In this document: positions 52,661 through 61,963 of the stretch, one piece after another
Position numbering within the stretch: the first letter of the stretch is position 1
Layout: every line of letters begins with the position of its first letter
Assembly: GCA_038231155.1 (NCBI GenBank)
Contig: JBBRLY010000013.1
Coordinates: forward strand, 68,305 to 132,304
Direction: 5' to 3'
Source: Candidatus Saccharimonadales bacterium
Lineage (GTDB): Bacteria > Patescibacteriota > Saccharimonadia > Saccharimonadales > JANWIN01
DNA: 64,000 nucleotides
Notes under the pieces: model-generated
Seen by the model: only the letters and a program-made list of their open reading frames with translations
Database searches by the model: none
What the model was told of the DNA's origin: nothing
Translations under genes and position numbers: made by a program

Positions 52661-53605
52661 ATGTCAAAAGTAATTCACACACCTGGACTCGTAAAAGTAG
52701 ACGAGCACACCAAAACCTCAGCAACATTTACAGTTGAACCGTTACACACCGGTTATGGAATGACGCTAGGAAACTCATTACGTCGAGTACTACTCTCAAG
52801 TATTGCTGGTGGTGCGGTAACTGGCTTTAAAATTGAGGGCGCATCGCATGAGTTTACTACTTTACCGCATGTAAAAGAGGACGTCGTTGATATCATACTG
52901 AACTTAAAGGGTATACAATTTCAAGTATTCAGCAGTGAACCACAAACTTTACGCTTATCTAAAAAAGGTAAAGGAACGGTTAAGGCAGGTGACATAACTA
53001 AAAATGCCGACGTTGAAATAGTTAATCCGCGCCATGTGATTGCCACACTAGACGATGAAAAAGCTAAATTCACTATGGACCTAGTTGTTGAAACCGGACG
53101 TGGTTATCGTGCTATAGACGAAAGTGCTAATCGCAAGAATAGCGATATGATAATTCTTGACGCCGTCTTTAGTCCGGTGGTACGAGTCCGTTATAAGGTT
53201 GAGAACACTCGTGTTGGACAAATGACTGATCTAGATAAGTTATTAATTACAATTGATACGGATGGTTCTATTACACCTCGAGAAGCCTTTGAAGAAGCAG
53301 CTGCTATCTTAGTTAATCAGTATAGCGCCTTAGCTGGTCAAACTCGCGTAGAGGTGGAACCAGCAGCTGATGCTAGCGATGATCAAGCCATAGCTCAAGA
53401 TGACATGGGTGGGCCACCAGAGCTAATGACTTCAATAGAAGATTTAAATCTGTCAGCGCGCACTACTAACGCACTAGTAAATAATGATATCCACACTCTA
53501 AAAGATTTATTTAGTCTAAGTGATAGTGAGCTTCGAGAACTAAAGGGCTTTGGCAACAAGGCCCTCGATGAAGTTAAAGAAAAACTAGCTGAGTTGGAGC
53601 TCTAG
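52661..53605 (+). CDS. rpoA: DNA-directed RNA polymerase alpha subunit
   Basis: ...EPLHTGYGMTLGNSLRRVLLSSI... and a C-terminal domain (LNLSARTTNAL). Confidence 0.95.
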   Translation: MSKVIHTPGLVKVDEHTKTSATFTVEPLHTGYGMTLGNSLRRVLLSSIAGGAVTGFKIEGASHEFTTLPHVKEDVVDIILNLKGIQFQVFSSEPQTLRLSKKGKGTVKAGDITKNADVEIVNPRHVIATLDDEKAKFTMDLVVETGRGYRAIDESANRKNSDMIILDAVFSPVVRVRYKVENTRVGQMTDLDKLLITIDTDGSITPREAFEEAAAILVNQYSALAGQTRVEVEPAADASDDQAIAQDDMGGPPELMTSIEDLNLSARTTNALVNNDIHTLKDLFSLSDSELRELKGFGNKALDEVKEKLAELEL

Positions 53606-53613
53606 GAGAAAGA

Positions 53614-54159
53614 ATGCACCGTCACGGCTATGTAGGTAAGAAATTTCACCGTCAGCGCGATCAACGGCAAGCACTAATCAAAGGCTTAGCTGAATCTTTA
53701 GTAAAGTATGAATCCATTGAGACAACCGTACCTAAGGCTAAAGAATTAGTACCTTATATGGAAAGATTGATTACTAAAGCCAAAAGGGGCGATTTACATG
53801 CAAGGCGTCAAGTTATTTCTTCATTATCGACTGTAGCAAGTGCTCATAAATTAGTTGACGAGATCTCACCAAAATTAAAGTCTCGAAGTAGCGGTCATCT
53901 GCGTATTAGTAAAATCGGTTTTAGGCGCGGTGATCGTGCGGCTATGGCTCGTATAAATTTTGTTGATAGTCTAAAAGATAGTGAAGGCCCAAAGACCAGT
54001 AATTCTGAGCAATCGACTAAGCTTGACTCTACCGAGAAAGTCGCAAAGACCGATACAAAGCTCAAAAGACCAACTCGTACATCTCAAACTGTAACGCCCG
54101 CCAAAAATTCTAATGTAAGCAACGCTCCTAAGCGGACTGGAATAAGAGGTAACCGTTAA
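53614..54159 (+). CDS. rplQ: ribosomal protein bL17 with ~60-aa C-terminal extension
   Basis: bL17 core, then a Ser/Thr/Lys-rich tail. Confidence 0.9.
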   Translation: MHRHGYVGKKFHRQRDQRQALIKGLAESLVKYESIETTVPKAKELVPYMERLITKAKRGDLHARRQVISSLSTVASAHKLVDEISPKLKSRSSGHLRISKIGFRRGDRAAMARINFVDSLKDSEGPKTSNSEQSTKLDSTEKVAKTDTKLKRPTRTSQTVTPAKNSNVSNAPKRTGIRGNR

Positions 54160-54161
54160 TT

Positions 54162-54605
54162 ATGAAAACCTATAGCCAAAAACCTAGCCAAGTATCGCGT
54201 CAGTGGTTTGTTCTAGACGCCTCTGAGATACCTTTAGGGCGTTTAGCTACTAGAGCTGCTAGTTTTTTGCTTGGTAAAGCCAAACCGACTATTACAGCTC
54301 ATACAGATGGCGGTGATTATGTGATAATTGTTAATGCTCAGAAATTGGTTGTTACGGGCAATAAAATGCTGGACAAAAAGTATTATCACCACAGTCTATA
54401 TCCAGGCGGTATTAAAGAGTCTTCGCTCGGTGAAAAGCTCAGTAAAGATCCGCAATCTGTAATATACGCAGCTGTTCGTGGTATGTTACCTGTAAACAAA
54501 CTAAGGCCCGGCCGGTTATTGCGTCTCAAAATTTATGCTGGTCAAGAACATCAGCATGAAGCCCAAAAACCCCTAGTATTATCACTTAAAAAGGAAATTA
54601 AATAA
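54162..54605 (+). CDS. rplM: ribosomal protein uL13
   Basis: ...RQWFVLDASEIPLGRLAT... Confidence 0.95.
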   Translation: MKTYSQKPSQVSRQWFVLDASEIPLGRLATRAASFLLGKAKPTITAHTDGGDYVIIVNAQKLVVTGNKMLDKKYYHHSLYPGGIKESSLGEKLSKDPQSVIYAAVRGMLPVNKLRPGRLLRLKIYAGQEHQHEAQKPLVLSLKKEIK

Positions 54606-55000
54606 TGGCTCAGAATTATTTTTATGCAATTGGACGCCGTAAAAGCTCCACCGCCCGAGTTCGGTTACAAACCGGCAAAGGCATTATTAAGATAAATGAT
54701 AAAACCGTCGATGTATACTTAGCTAACAGTAAGTATTTGCTTAATATCCTAGAAAAACCATTTACAACAGTAGAACAAAACAATAAGTATGATGTCAGTG
54801 CTGTAGTCTCTGGCGGAGGACTTAACGGGCAAGTACAAGCCGTACAGTTAGGTATCGCCAAAGCGCTTGCCAACATGAATGAAGATTTACGGGCAACTCT
54901 AAAACGAGCTGATTTACTTGGCCGCGACCCTCGCGAAAAAGAACGTAAAAAGTATGGACTCAAAGGTGCGCGTAAACAAAGGCAGTTTACCAAACGCTAG
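54605..55000 (+). CDS. rpsI: ribosomal protein uS9
   Basis: ...GGGLNGQVQAVQLGIAKAL...RKKYGLKGARKQRQFTKR. Confidence 0.95.
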   Translation: MAQNYFYAIGRRKSSTARVRLQTGKGIIKINDKTVDVYLANSKYLLNILEKPFTTVEQNNKYDVSAVVSGGGLNGQVQAVQLGIAKALANMNEDLRATLKRADLLGRDPREKERKKYGLKGARKQRQFTKR

Positions 55001-55132
55001 ACTTATTGACGTTTGTGGACTATATTTACCTAACATGTCGTTATTATTGAGAAAATATCAGTATTGGTTTAGCAATTCGTGCTTTGGCGGTTCGTCAGTC
55101 AATTATTAAATAATCATGAATGAATAAAATGT

Positions 55133-55160
55133 AACCGCCTCCAAGGCGGTTTTTAAATTT
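55133..55160 (+). terminator. Rho-independent terminator closing the ribosomal block
   Basis: AACCGCC-tccaa-GGCGGTT followed by a T-run. Confidence 0.75.
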
Positions 55161-55178
55161 CAATTATAAAGGATATCC

Positions 55179-56351
55179 ATGACTGAAAATTTACAAGAAC
55201 TACTTGAACACAACTGGGCGATGGACTCCATAGCAGCAACCGAGCTTGCAAACCGCCTTGAGATGAGCGGACAAGGGCACATTGTTGAATCAGCTATAGA
55301 ACACCTTGATCCTGCGGCCATAGCTAGGCGTGATCTAAACAGGGAGTTGCTTGGACAAGCTTGTCTAGGTTTAGGAAAAAGCATTATTATACTTGGTCCT
55401 TGTTCAGAAACACTTGGCGCCGATGATTCTCCATTATTTGATCTGGTGGATGAGTTACAAGAGGAATTTCCGGTAGGAGAGCTTGAATCAACAGAAGGGG
55501 TTTTAATTGGTGTCCGTAAAAATGGTGGGAAACCTCGTACTGATACAAAAACTCGGGGACTTGGTTTTAGCACTATCACCGAAGAGAGGCAGTCTTTTTT
55601 TACCCATCATCAACAGGCTTTCGATCGAGGACTATTAACTGTCACAGAAACTCTAAATGGACCCCAGCTTGGAACTCTTGCGCCACTGATCAGTGGCCAT
55701 TGGCTAGGTATGCGCGATATGCTTTCTACAACTCTTCGGGATGTAGCATCGCTCATTAAACTTCCAGTGATGGTTAAAAATGGCCAGTCTGGAGAACCAA
55801 TTGAAGTTAAACGAACAATTGTGACAATAAGAAGCAATTCTGATAAAAAAGATGGTTCCGGAGCTGATCTAGGCAGCATCGCAAGGTCTGCAAAATCTGT
55901 AATGGGTGTTGATCCAGGTATTTTACCTGTTGGAGGCGGTAATAATAACGTTGCAATTATTGCGCGTGGATATGAGCTACCTGAGAGTATGGGTTCAGAA
56001 GACCGTATGCAAGCTGCTTTCACTCATCTTGGAAAAATGTGTTTACTGGCTGATGAGATGGGTTGCGCTGTTCTGCTTGATGGTAGTCATAAAGTTCCAC
56101 ATATGTTTAGTATTGAAGCAAGTGACATAAAACGCTTTATTTCAAGCACTCAAAAAATAAATAAAGGTATTCGTGAAGGTCGAGTTAAAGCCAGCTACCG
56201 ATATAAGGGTGGTATTCATGAGATTGGTGTAGTAAAAGGCAGAACTGATCCTGACTTCTTAATTGAAACTAAGGCGGATAGAGAGCTAGTTAAGTCAGTT
56301 GTTAGAGATACTATCAGCACTATTATAGACACCGTTCAAACTGAGCTATAA
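55179..56351 (+). CDS. divergent DAHP synthase (class I-beta / DAHP_synth_1)-family protein
   Basis: Ordered motifs LGPCS, GGKPRTDTKTRGLG (cf. KPRTSPYSFQGLG), LGMR, LPVMVKNG, IIARGYE, LLDGSHK, GGIHEIG, TDPD. Plus a ~65-aa N-terminal extension. Confidence 0.55.
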   Translation: MTENLQELLEHNWAMDSIAATELANRLEMSGQGHIVESAIEHLDPAAIARRDLNRELLGQACLGLGKSIIILGPCSETLGADDSPLFDLVDELQEEFPVGELESTEGVLIGVRKNGGKPRTDTKTRGLGFSTITEERQSFFTHHQQAFDRGLLTVTETLNGPQLGTLAPLISGHWLGMRDMLSTTLRDVASLIKLPVMVKNGQSGEPIEVKRTIVTIRSNSDKKDGSGADLGSIARSAKSVMGVDPGILPVGGGNNNVAIIARGYELPESMGSEDRMQAAFTHLGKMCLLADEMGCAVLLDGSHKVPHMFSIEASDIKRFISSTQKINKGIREGRVKASYRYKGGIHEIGVVKGRTDPDFLIETKADRELVKSVVRDTISTIIDTVQTEL

Positions 56352-56359
56352 TAATTGCA

Positions 56360-57388
56360 ATGTCTAAACCAGTTATTTTAACCGGTCTGAGAGCCAATAG
56401 TGAGTTTCATATTGGAAACTACTTAGGTGCAATTTTGCCTATGGTGGAACTCCAAAAACAGCGTGCCGGAGACTATCAAGTCAATATGTTTGTACCAGAT
56501 TTACATAGCTTTACTACTCCGATTGACCATGGAAAGCTATTTCAAAACACTTTAGATAATCTAAAGTTATATGTTGCTGCCGGCCTTGATATAAATAACT
56601 CTGACACATATATCTACCGCCAAAGCTACATTCCAGCACATAGTGAGTTAACGTGGATATTAGGTTGCTTCACATATTTTGGTGAATTGAACCGTATGAC
56701 CCAATTTAAAGATAAAAGTGAGGGTCAAGATAATGTCAGTGCGGCTTTATTTAACTATCCTATTTTAATGGCTGCAGATATTCTACTTTACCAGTCTAAG
56801 TATGTGCCAGTTGGTGAAGACCAACGTCAACACCTCGAACTTGCCCGTGATTTAGCCATTAGGATGAATAATAAGTTCGGCGAACTTTTCACTGTTCCTG
56901 AGACATGGGATAAGCAATTAGAGTTTGCTAGCCGAACTAACGGTGTCAGAATTCGTTCGCTTAGAAATCCAGATAAGAAAATGAGTAAGTCTATTGGTGA
57001 TCCAGCCGGAACAATATTGCTTAGCGATAATCCAGAAGAAGCATCCAAGAAAGTAATCGGCGCTACAACCGATTCGTTAGGCTCAATCCACCTAGATTGG
57101 GCAAAGCAACCCGGTATTAGTAACTTACTGCAAATATCGGCACTACTAGGTAATAAGCCGGTTCAAGCGATCGCAGATGACTGGAGCGATATAGATTCGT
57201 ATGGTGAGCTAAAGTCTCATGTTGCCGAGCAAGTTAAACTATTTTTAACTGATCTACAAACCAAGTTAACGGCAGTTAATGAGAATCAACTACTTCAAAA
57301 ACTCCAACAAGACGAAGAGTCAATGAATAACGCAGCTAATCAAACTCTAGTTAAAGTCCAAAAAGAGGTGGGTCTCAGACCGTTGTGA
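56360..57388 (+). CDS. trpS: tryptophanyl-tRNA synthetase
   Basis: LTGLRANSEFHIGNYLGA (HIGH-like), GEDQRQH, KMSKS. Confidence 0.9.
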   Translation: MSKPVILTGLRANSEFHIGNYLGAILPMVELQKQRAGDYQVNMFVPDLHSFTTPIDHGKLFQNTLDNLKLYVAAGLDINNSDTYIYRQSYIPAHSELTWILGCFTYFGELNRMTQFKDKSEGQDNVSAALFNYPILMAADILLYQSKYVPVGEDQRQHLELARDLAIRMNNKFGELFTVPETWDKQLEFASRTNGVRIRSLRNPDKKMSKSIGDPAGTILLSDNPEEASKKVIGATTDSLGSIHLDWAKQPGISNLLQISALLGNKPVQAIADDWSDIDSYGELKSHVAEQVKLFLTDLQTKLTAVNENQLLQKLQQDEESMNNAANQTLVKVQKEVGLRPL

Positions 57389-58254
57389 AGCAACTTAGGA
57401 TTAAGACTAATGATGTAAAAAGACGCTTAGACCTCTTTATTGCTGAAAATATGCCACAACTGAGTCGCTCATTCATTAATAAGTTATTAAACCAGAGTAA
57501 AATTAAAGTAAATGGAACACTCAAAAATCCATCCTACAAACTACGCCTAGAAGACATTATAGAAGTAGATTATGACCTTAAACAACTTGAACAAATTCCA
57601 AAGATTAATATGCCTATTATATTCGAAGATAGTGACGTCATCGTTGTTGATAAACCTGCCGGAGTCTTAACTCATTCTAAAGGTGTTTTTAACCCAGAAG
57701 CAACAGTAGCGACATTTATAAAATCCAAAATAAAAGATATGAAGGGCGAGCGGGCCGGAATTGTACATCGCTTGGACAGAGGAACAAGTGGTGTTATGAT
57801 TGCTGCCAAAAATCAGGCTGCTCTTACTTGGCTACAAAAGCAGTTTTCGACTCGTAAAGTTAAAAAAAGTTACGTAGCAATAATTAGTGGTATTATTGAA
57901 CCACCTCAGGCAATAATAGATATGCCAATTGAGCGCAATCCCAAAAAACCGCAAAAGTTCAGGACTAGCTCGCTCGGTAAACCAGCTATAACCACCTATA
58001 GGTTAATCAAGTCAAACGGAAAGTATAGTTTAGTTGAGCTTAATCCAAAGACCGGACGGACTCACCAACTACGCGTACACTTAAAACAGCTAGGTTATCC
58101 AATAATTGGTGATCTTTTCTATGACGGCGAGAATGCAAATAGATTATATTTACACTCACAAACTTTAGAACTTACTTTACCAAGTAAAGAACGTCGAGTA
58201 TTTAAGTCAATAATACCTGCTGAATTTAAATCTAAACTAAAATCTAATGACTGA
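57385..58254 (+). CDS. RluA/RluD-family 23S rRNA pseudouridine synthase
   Basis: S4-like N-terminus, HRLDRGTSGVM, GRTHQLRVH. Confidence 0.85.
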   Translation: MKQLRIKTNDVKRRLDLFIAENMPQLSRSFINKLLNQSKIKVNGTLKNPSYKLRLEDIIEVDYDLKQLEQIPKINMPIIFEDSDVIVVDKPAGVLTHSKGVFNPEATVATFIKSKIKDMKGERAGIVHRLDRGTSGVMIAAKNQAALTWLQKQFSTRKVKKSYVAIISGIIEPPQAIIDMPIERNPKKPQKFRTSSLGKPAITTYRLIKSNGKYSLVELNPKTGRTHQLRVHLKQLGYPIIGDLFYDGENANRLYLHSQTLELTLPSKERRVFKSIIPAEFKSKLKSND

Positions 58255-59113
58255 ACTACTATTACACCCCCAAACTAAATTGCAAATTGAGCACTTCATT
58301 AAAAACCCTGTTCAGGCATTAATAATTGAAGGACCAAAAGGGTCGGGTAAAACTAGGCTTGCTCAGAATATCGCTAGCCGTTTACTAGATGTAAACTCAT
58401 TAAAATTAGAAACCGCGGGTAATGTATTACATATTAAGCCAACTAATAATGCTATATCGATCAACGAAATTCGATCTATACAACAATTTTTAAAACTAAA
58501 ATCACTTGGACAGAATCCCATTAAACGAATATTGCTTGTGTATGAGGCTCAAAAGTTGACTATAGAGGCTCAAAATGCCTTTTTAAAAATCCTTGAGGAA
58601 CCGCCAGCTGATACTGTAATTATTTTAACTACGCCTAACCGATTGTCTATATTAGCTACAATTCAATCAAGGTCACAATATATAAAAATTAAAAGTTTAA
58701 CAAAAGAAATAATGCTTAATTATTTTAAAGATCCTAAATACACTTCTGCGCAACTGGAGCGTGCTTACCATTTAAGTGGAGGTCAAGTCGGTCAAATGCA
58801 AAGTATTTTAGACGGTTCTAATAGCATCGTGTCAGATCAAATACTCTTGGCAAAGAAACTTCTAGGTATGTCTATTTTTGAACGATTAACACAAGTTGAT
58901 GAACTTGCTAAACATAAGGGTCAAGCCGTTGAACTATTACAAGCAATTGAAGTTATTTGTCAAAGTGCATTAAATCAAGCAGTCAATAATAAGCTAACTG
59001 CTAATATCAAAAGGTGGCACAGAGCCCTCACAGTCACGGTTAAAGCGCAAACAGATCTACAATCTCAACCCAACATGAAGTTATTTTTTACTAACTTATT
59101 AATTAACTTATGA
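58247..59113 (+). CDS. holB: DNA polymerase III delta' subunit
   Basis: IIEGPKGSGKTRLA...AQNAFLKILEEPPADTVIILTT. Confidence 0.75.
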   Translation: MTELLLHPQTKLQIEHFIKNPVQALIIEGPKGSGKTRLAQNIASRLLDVNSLKLETAGNVLHIKPTNNAISINEIRSIQQFLKLKSLGQNPIKRILLVYEAQKLTIEAQNAFLKILEEPPADTVIILTTPNRLSILATIQSRSQYIKIKSLTKEIMLNYFKDPKYTSAQLERAYHLSGGQVGQMQSILDGSNSIVSDQILLAKKLLGMSIFERLTQVDELAKHKGQAVELLQAIEVICQSALNQAVNNKLTANIKRWHRALTVTVKAQTDLQSQPNMKLFFTNLLINL

Positions 59114-59170
59114 CTACGATAAAGGTTTTGCTTAAAGCTTTATTTGCATTATTTGTTATAATCAATAGCG

Positions 59171-59824
59171 ATGTTCGAATTGGTTTTACTGGCAGGTTTT
59201 GGAATATTTACCATTAGAAGCGCTAAGGTTCGTGATGAAGAGCTGTCAGCGATTCCTCGACGAATAAGCGATAAATTAGGCAAATTGTGGGATATAGCGC
59301 ATCAAGGCATGCGCGAGAATCGCTTTTTACGTGCCGAAAAAGCCTTGTTAACTATTCTAAAAATTGATGAACGCAACGCTGCTGCCTACAACAGACTAGG
59401 TATTTTATACGCCAAGCAAAAAGAATATAAAGATGCTATCGACTGCTTTGAAATTGCATCTAGTATAGAAGCCACACCCTCCAGTCTACATAACCTCGGG
59501 CTTATTTATTACGAAACAGAAAACTACGAGAAAGCAGCGATTGCTTTTGAGCATGCTCTAAAGTTAGAAGACGAACTAGCTGCCAGACATATTGCTTACG
59601 CCAAAGTTCAAGAAAAACTTGGTAATGATAAATTGATGTTAAGAGAACTTGAGCGTGCAGCGGAACTTGAACCAAACAAAGAAACTTTTCATTTACTTAT
59701 TAAGGCTTATGAAGAAAGAGGCATGGTAGCAGAAGTAGACTTGCTTAAAGATCGTTTGAGTAAGTTAGTCGTTCCTGCAGGGCGACCTAAGCGTATTCTG
59801 CGACCTAAGCGTGTTGTTATTTGA
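59171..59824 (+). CDS. TPR-repeat protein with N-terminal membrane anchor
   Basis: Repeated AxxYxxLGxxYxxxxxYxxAIxxFExAL units. Confidence 0.7.
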   Translation: MFELVLLAGFGIFTIRSAKVRDEELSAIPRRISDKLGKLWDIAHQGMRENRFLRAEKALLTILKIDERNAAAYNRLGILYAKQKEYKDAIDCFEIASSIEATPSSLHNLGLIYYETENYEKAAIAFEHALKLEDELAARHIAYAKVQEKLGNDKLMLRELERAAELEPNKETFHLLIKAYEERGMVAEVDLLKDRLSKLVVPAGRPKRILRPKRVVI

Positions 59825-59855
59825 CCCCTGTCTTGCTACACTACGGCAGTTAATT

Positions 59856-59931
59856 GCCACCTTAGCTCAGTGGCTAGAGCAACACTTTTGTAAAGTGAAG
59901 GTCGTCGGTTCGAATCCGACAGGTGGCTCCA
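59856..59931 (+). tRNA. tRNA-Thr (anticodon TGT), CCA encoded
   Basis: Acceptor GCCACCT/AGGTGGC, anticodon loop TTTGTAA, T-arm GTCGG-TTCGAAT-CCGAC. Confidence 0.85.
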
Positions 59932-59960
59932 TAGAGTAACATCTGGTTTTAATAAATTGT

Positions 59961-60046
59961 GCAGGGTTAGTGAAGCGGTCAAACACAACAGACTGTAAAT
60001 CTGTCGGCTTATGCCTTCGTAGGTTCGAATCCTACACCCTGCACCA
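59961..60046 (+). tRNA. tRNA-Tyr (anticodon GTA), long variable arm, CCA encoded
   Basis: Acceptor GCAGGGT/ACCCTGC, anticodon stem ACAGA/TCTGT with loop CTGTAAA, T-arm GTAGG-TTCGAAT-CCTAC. Confidence 0.85.
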
Positions 60047-60151
60047 CGGATTTTACCTCTGTTATTTTGTTAGAGCATTCGGTACGTTAGAACCCCGCAT
60101 GAGGGTTTTTAATTTAAAAGTACTAGAGTTGGGGTGAGGAGAAGGAATGAT

Positions 60152-60700
60152 ATGAAAAATAATCGTAAAGATACGAATGCATCCCCATTATTATCAGGTT
60201 CGTGTGCATGTGGAGCTTCAACGTTCAAAGCCAATGTAGTACCCAAAGAACGATTTATTTGTCACTGTCTCTATTGCCAGGCATTTGTTAAAAAATCTTA
60301 CACTGATGTAACAATATTTAAGGCTAGTGACGTTGAGTTAACAAACGAAAAATATGTTGTTTATGATAATCCTCGTTCTTTGCCCAAGGAGCTTATAAGG
60401 AATGATCTATTTGGATGGGGTAACCCAGCTCGTGGGCGATTTCGAAAATGCGCAAGTTTGGACCGTGGCCTTTGCACAAAATGTGGCACACCATATGTCG
60501 AAAAGATCGGAACTGGACCAGTAAAGTTTATATTCATACCTACGATTAACTTTGAAAATAAAACCAGCCTTCCGCCTGTGTCGCGCCATACTTTTTATAA
60601 TCTTCGTGTAGACGATATTGATGACAAGACACCAAAACTTAACAATTACGCAACGAGCCAATGGGGAATAATCAAAATGGTCACCAAAGTTCTTTTCTAA
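60152..60700 (+). CDS. GFA/CENP-V-like Cys-rich zinc protein
   Basis: GSCACGAS...FICHCLYCQ and CTKCGTP Cys clusters. SD GGTGAGGAGAAGG lies before ATG 60152. The track start GTG 60134 is less likely. Confidence 0.55.
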   Translation: MKNNRKDTNASPLLSGSCACGASTFKANVVPKERFICHCLYCQAFVKKSYTDVTIFKASDVELTNEKYVVYDNPRSLPKELIRNDLFGWGNPARGRFRKCASLDRGLCTKCGTPYVEKIGTGPVKFIFIPTINFENKTSLPPVSRHTFYNLRVDDIDDKTPKLNNYATSQWGIIKMVTKVLF

Positions 60701-60706
60701 AATGAT

Positions 60707-61279
60707 ATGAAAGAAAATACTTCTCGCCTCGAAGCATTCAGTGACGCGGTGTTCGCAATCATCATTACTATATCAGTGCTAAACATTCACGTTCCCGCAG
60801 ACGCATCATTACACTCGCTAGTTAAGCTTATCCCTGCTTTTTTGGTGTATCTCATAAGTTTCCAAACAGTAGGCACTTACTGGAATAACCACCACAATCT
60901 TTTACCGGCAAATACAAAAATTACAGCGTCGGTTATGTGGGCGAACCTTTTTCTACTCTTCTCACTTTCCCTTATACCTTTTAGTACTGGTTGGGTTGGT
61001 CAACATATAGGTAAGCCATGGCCAACAGCTTTTTATAGTTTTGTATTTCTTTTGTGCGCAATTTCCTCTCTTCTGCTGATATGGGCAATCAACGCACAAA
61101 AAATAAATAGGTCGAAATCTAGTCTTACTCTCAAAAATGATTGGAAAATCATAGCCACGTTTATTTTGAACTTCATCGGTGCATGTGTTGCAGTCTTTGT
61201 GCCGCTAATTGCATATATATGCATACTACTAGTTGCGTTCATATGGCTTATACCAGATAGACTTTCGAGCAAGTTGTAA
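60707..61279 (+). CDS. TMEM175/DUF1211-family membrane protein (putative K+ channel)
   Basis: RLEAFSDAVFAIIITISVLNI signature, YWNNHH, about 6 TM segments. Confidence 0.7.
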   Translation: MKENTSRLEAFSDAVFAIIITISVLNIHVPADASLHSLVKLIPAFLVYLISFQTVGTYWNNHHNLLPANTKITASVMWANLFLLFSLSLIPFSTGWVGQHIGKPWPTAFYSFVFLLCAISSLLLIWAINAQKINRSKSSLTLKNDWKIIATFILNFIGACVAVFVPLIAYICILLVAFIWLIPDRLSSKL

Positions 61280-61356
61280 TCAAAAGCTAATATAGCAAAA
61301 CGAGAATGTTATTTAAGTAAGAACTTTACTGCACCCCTGTTACTACGTTATACTGA

Positions 61357-61397
61357 CTTCGTAGCAAGGTTATAACATGTTTATCACCCTGCACCAC
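61357..61397 (+). repeat. R1: degenerate copy of the tRNA-Tyr 3' half
   Basis: CTTCGTAGCAAGGTTATAACATGTTTATCACCCTGCACCAC against tRNA CTTCGTAGGTTCGAATCCTACACCCTGCACCA. Confidence 0.7.
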
Positions 61398-61423
61398 AAC
61401 CATAAGCATGATATAGTTTGTTC

Positions 61424-61612
61424 ATGAACAAACTAGCCAATAAATTAATCAAGCTTGTTATTGCAGCCATTTTATGTTGGTTGATTGGTGTTGGAATACG
61501 CCTAGTTGCTTTCGTGCTTCCGATATCTCATTATTGGCAAACTGCCATTGCTGCCACCATTGCTCTATCTTTATTCATAATAATTGCATTTAAAATTAGT
61601 AGGAATGACTAA
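61424..61612 (+). CDS. 62-aa two-TM membrane peptide
   Basis: TGATATAGT (61409-61417) lies 6 nt before the ATG. Two hydrophobic helices. A terminator follows at 61666. Confidence 0.5.
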   Translation: MNKLANKLIKLVIAAILCWLIGVGIRLVAFVLPISHYWQTAIAATIALSLFIIIAFKISRND

Positions 61613-61616
61613 ATTA

Positions 61617-61650
61617 GGCAAGTTCTAACCTCAGCCATGATGCTGCACCA
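61617..61650 (+). repeat. R2: degenerate copy of the tRNA-Tyr 3' half
   Basis: GGCAAGTTCTAACCTCAGCCATGATGCTGCACCA. The T-loop-like GTTCTAACC matches R4, and ATGRTGCTGCACC matches R3. Confidence 0.55.
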
Positions 61651-61665
61651 AGCATAACCGTAATA

Positions 61666-61694
61666 ACCTCAGTAATATGAGGTATTTTTGTTTT
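61666..61694 (+). terminator. Rho-independent terminator
   Basis: ACCTCA-gtaata-TGAGGT followed by ATTTTTGTTTT. Confidence 0.65.
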
Positions 61695-61963
61695 ATGCTG
61701 TATGCTAAATCATAAATTGCTAATTCTTGCAATCCTAACTAAATTATAGGCCTATCTATAGGGATGTGATATTGAACACTGCAATATAAACACCAGGGTC
61801 CTAAAGTAGGAAGTGTTAGATTGTGGCGTAACATGGATAAAATCATGAAGTATTAAATGGAATACTTAAATTATATGAGAGGATAATTATTACAGAAATA
61901 CTTTCATTTGAAGAGTTTAAACAAGCAAATGCACGTACAATAGGGAATACTGCTATAGGAAAA

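Noticed and set aside
54918-55109. 63-aa ORF overlapping the rpsI 3' end and the following spacer.
   Set aside because: It overlaps rpsI out of frame, has no start context, and lies upstream of the operon terminator.
60091-60110. Short hairpin AACCC-cgcatga-GGGTT plus TTT after tRNA-Tyr as a terminator.
   Set aside because: A 5-bp stem is too weak to call confidently. It is noted only as a possible end of the tRNA transcription unit.
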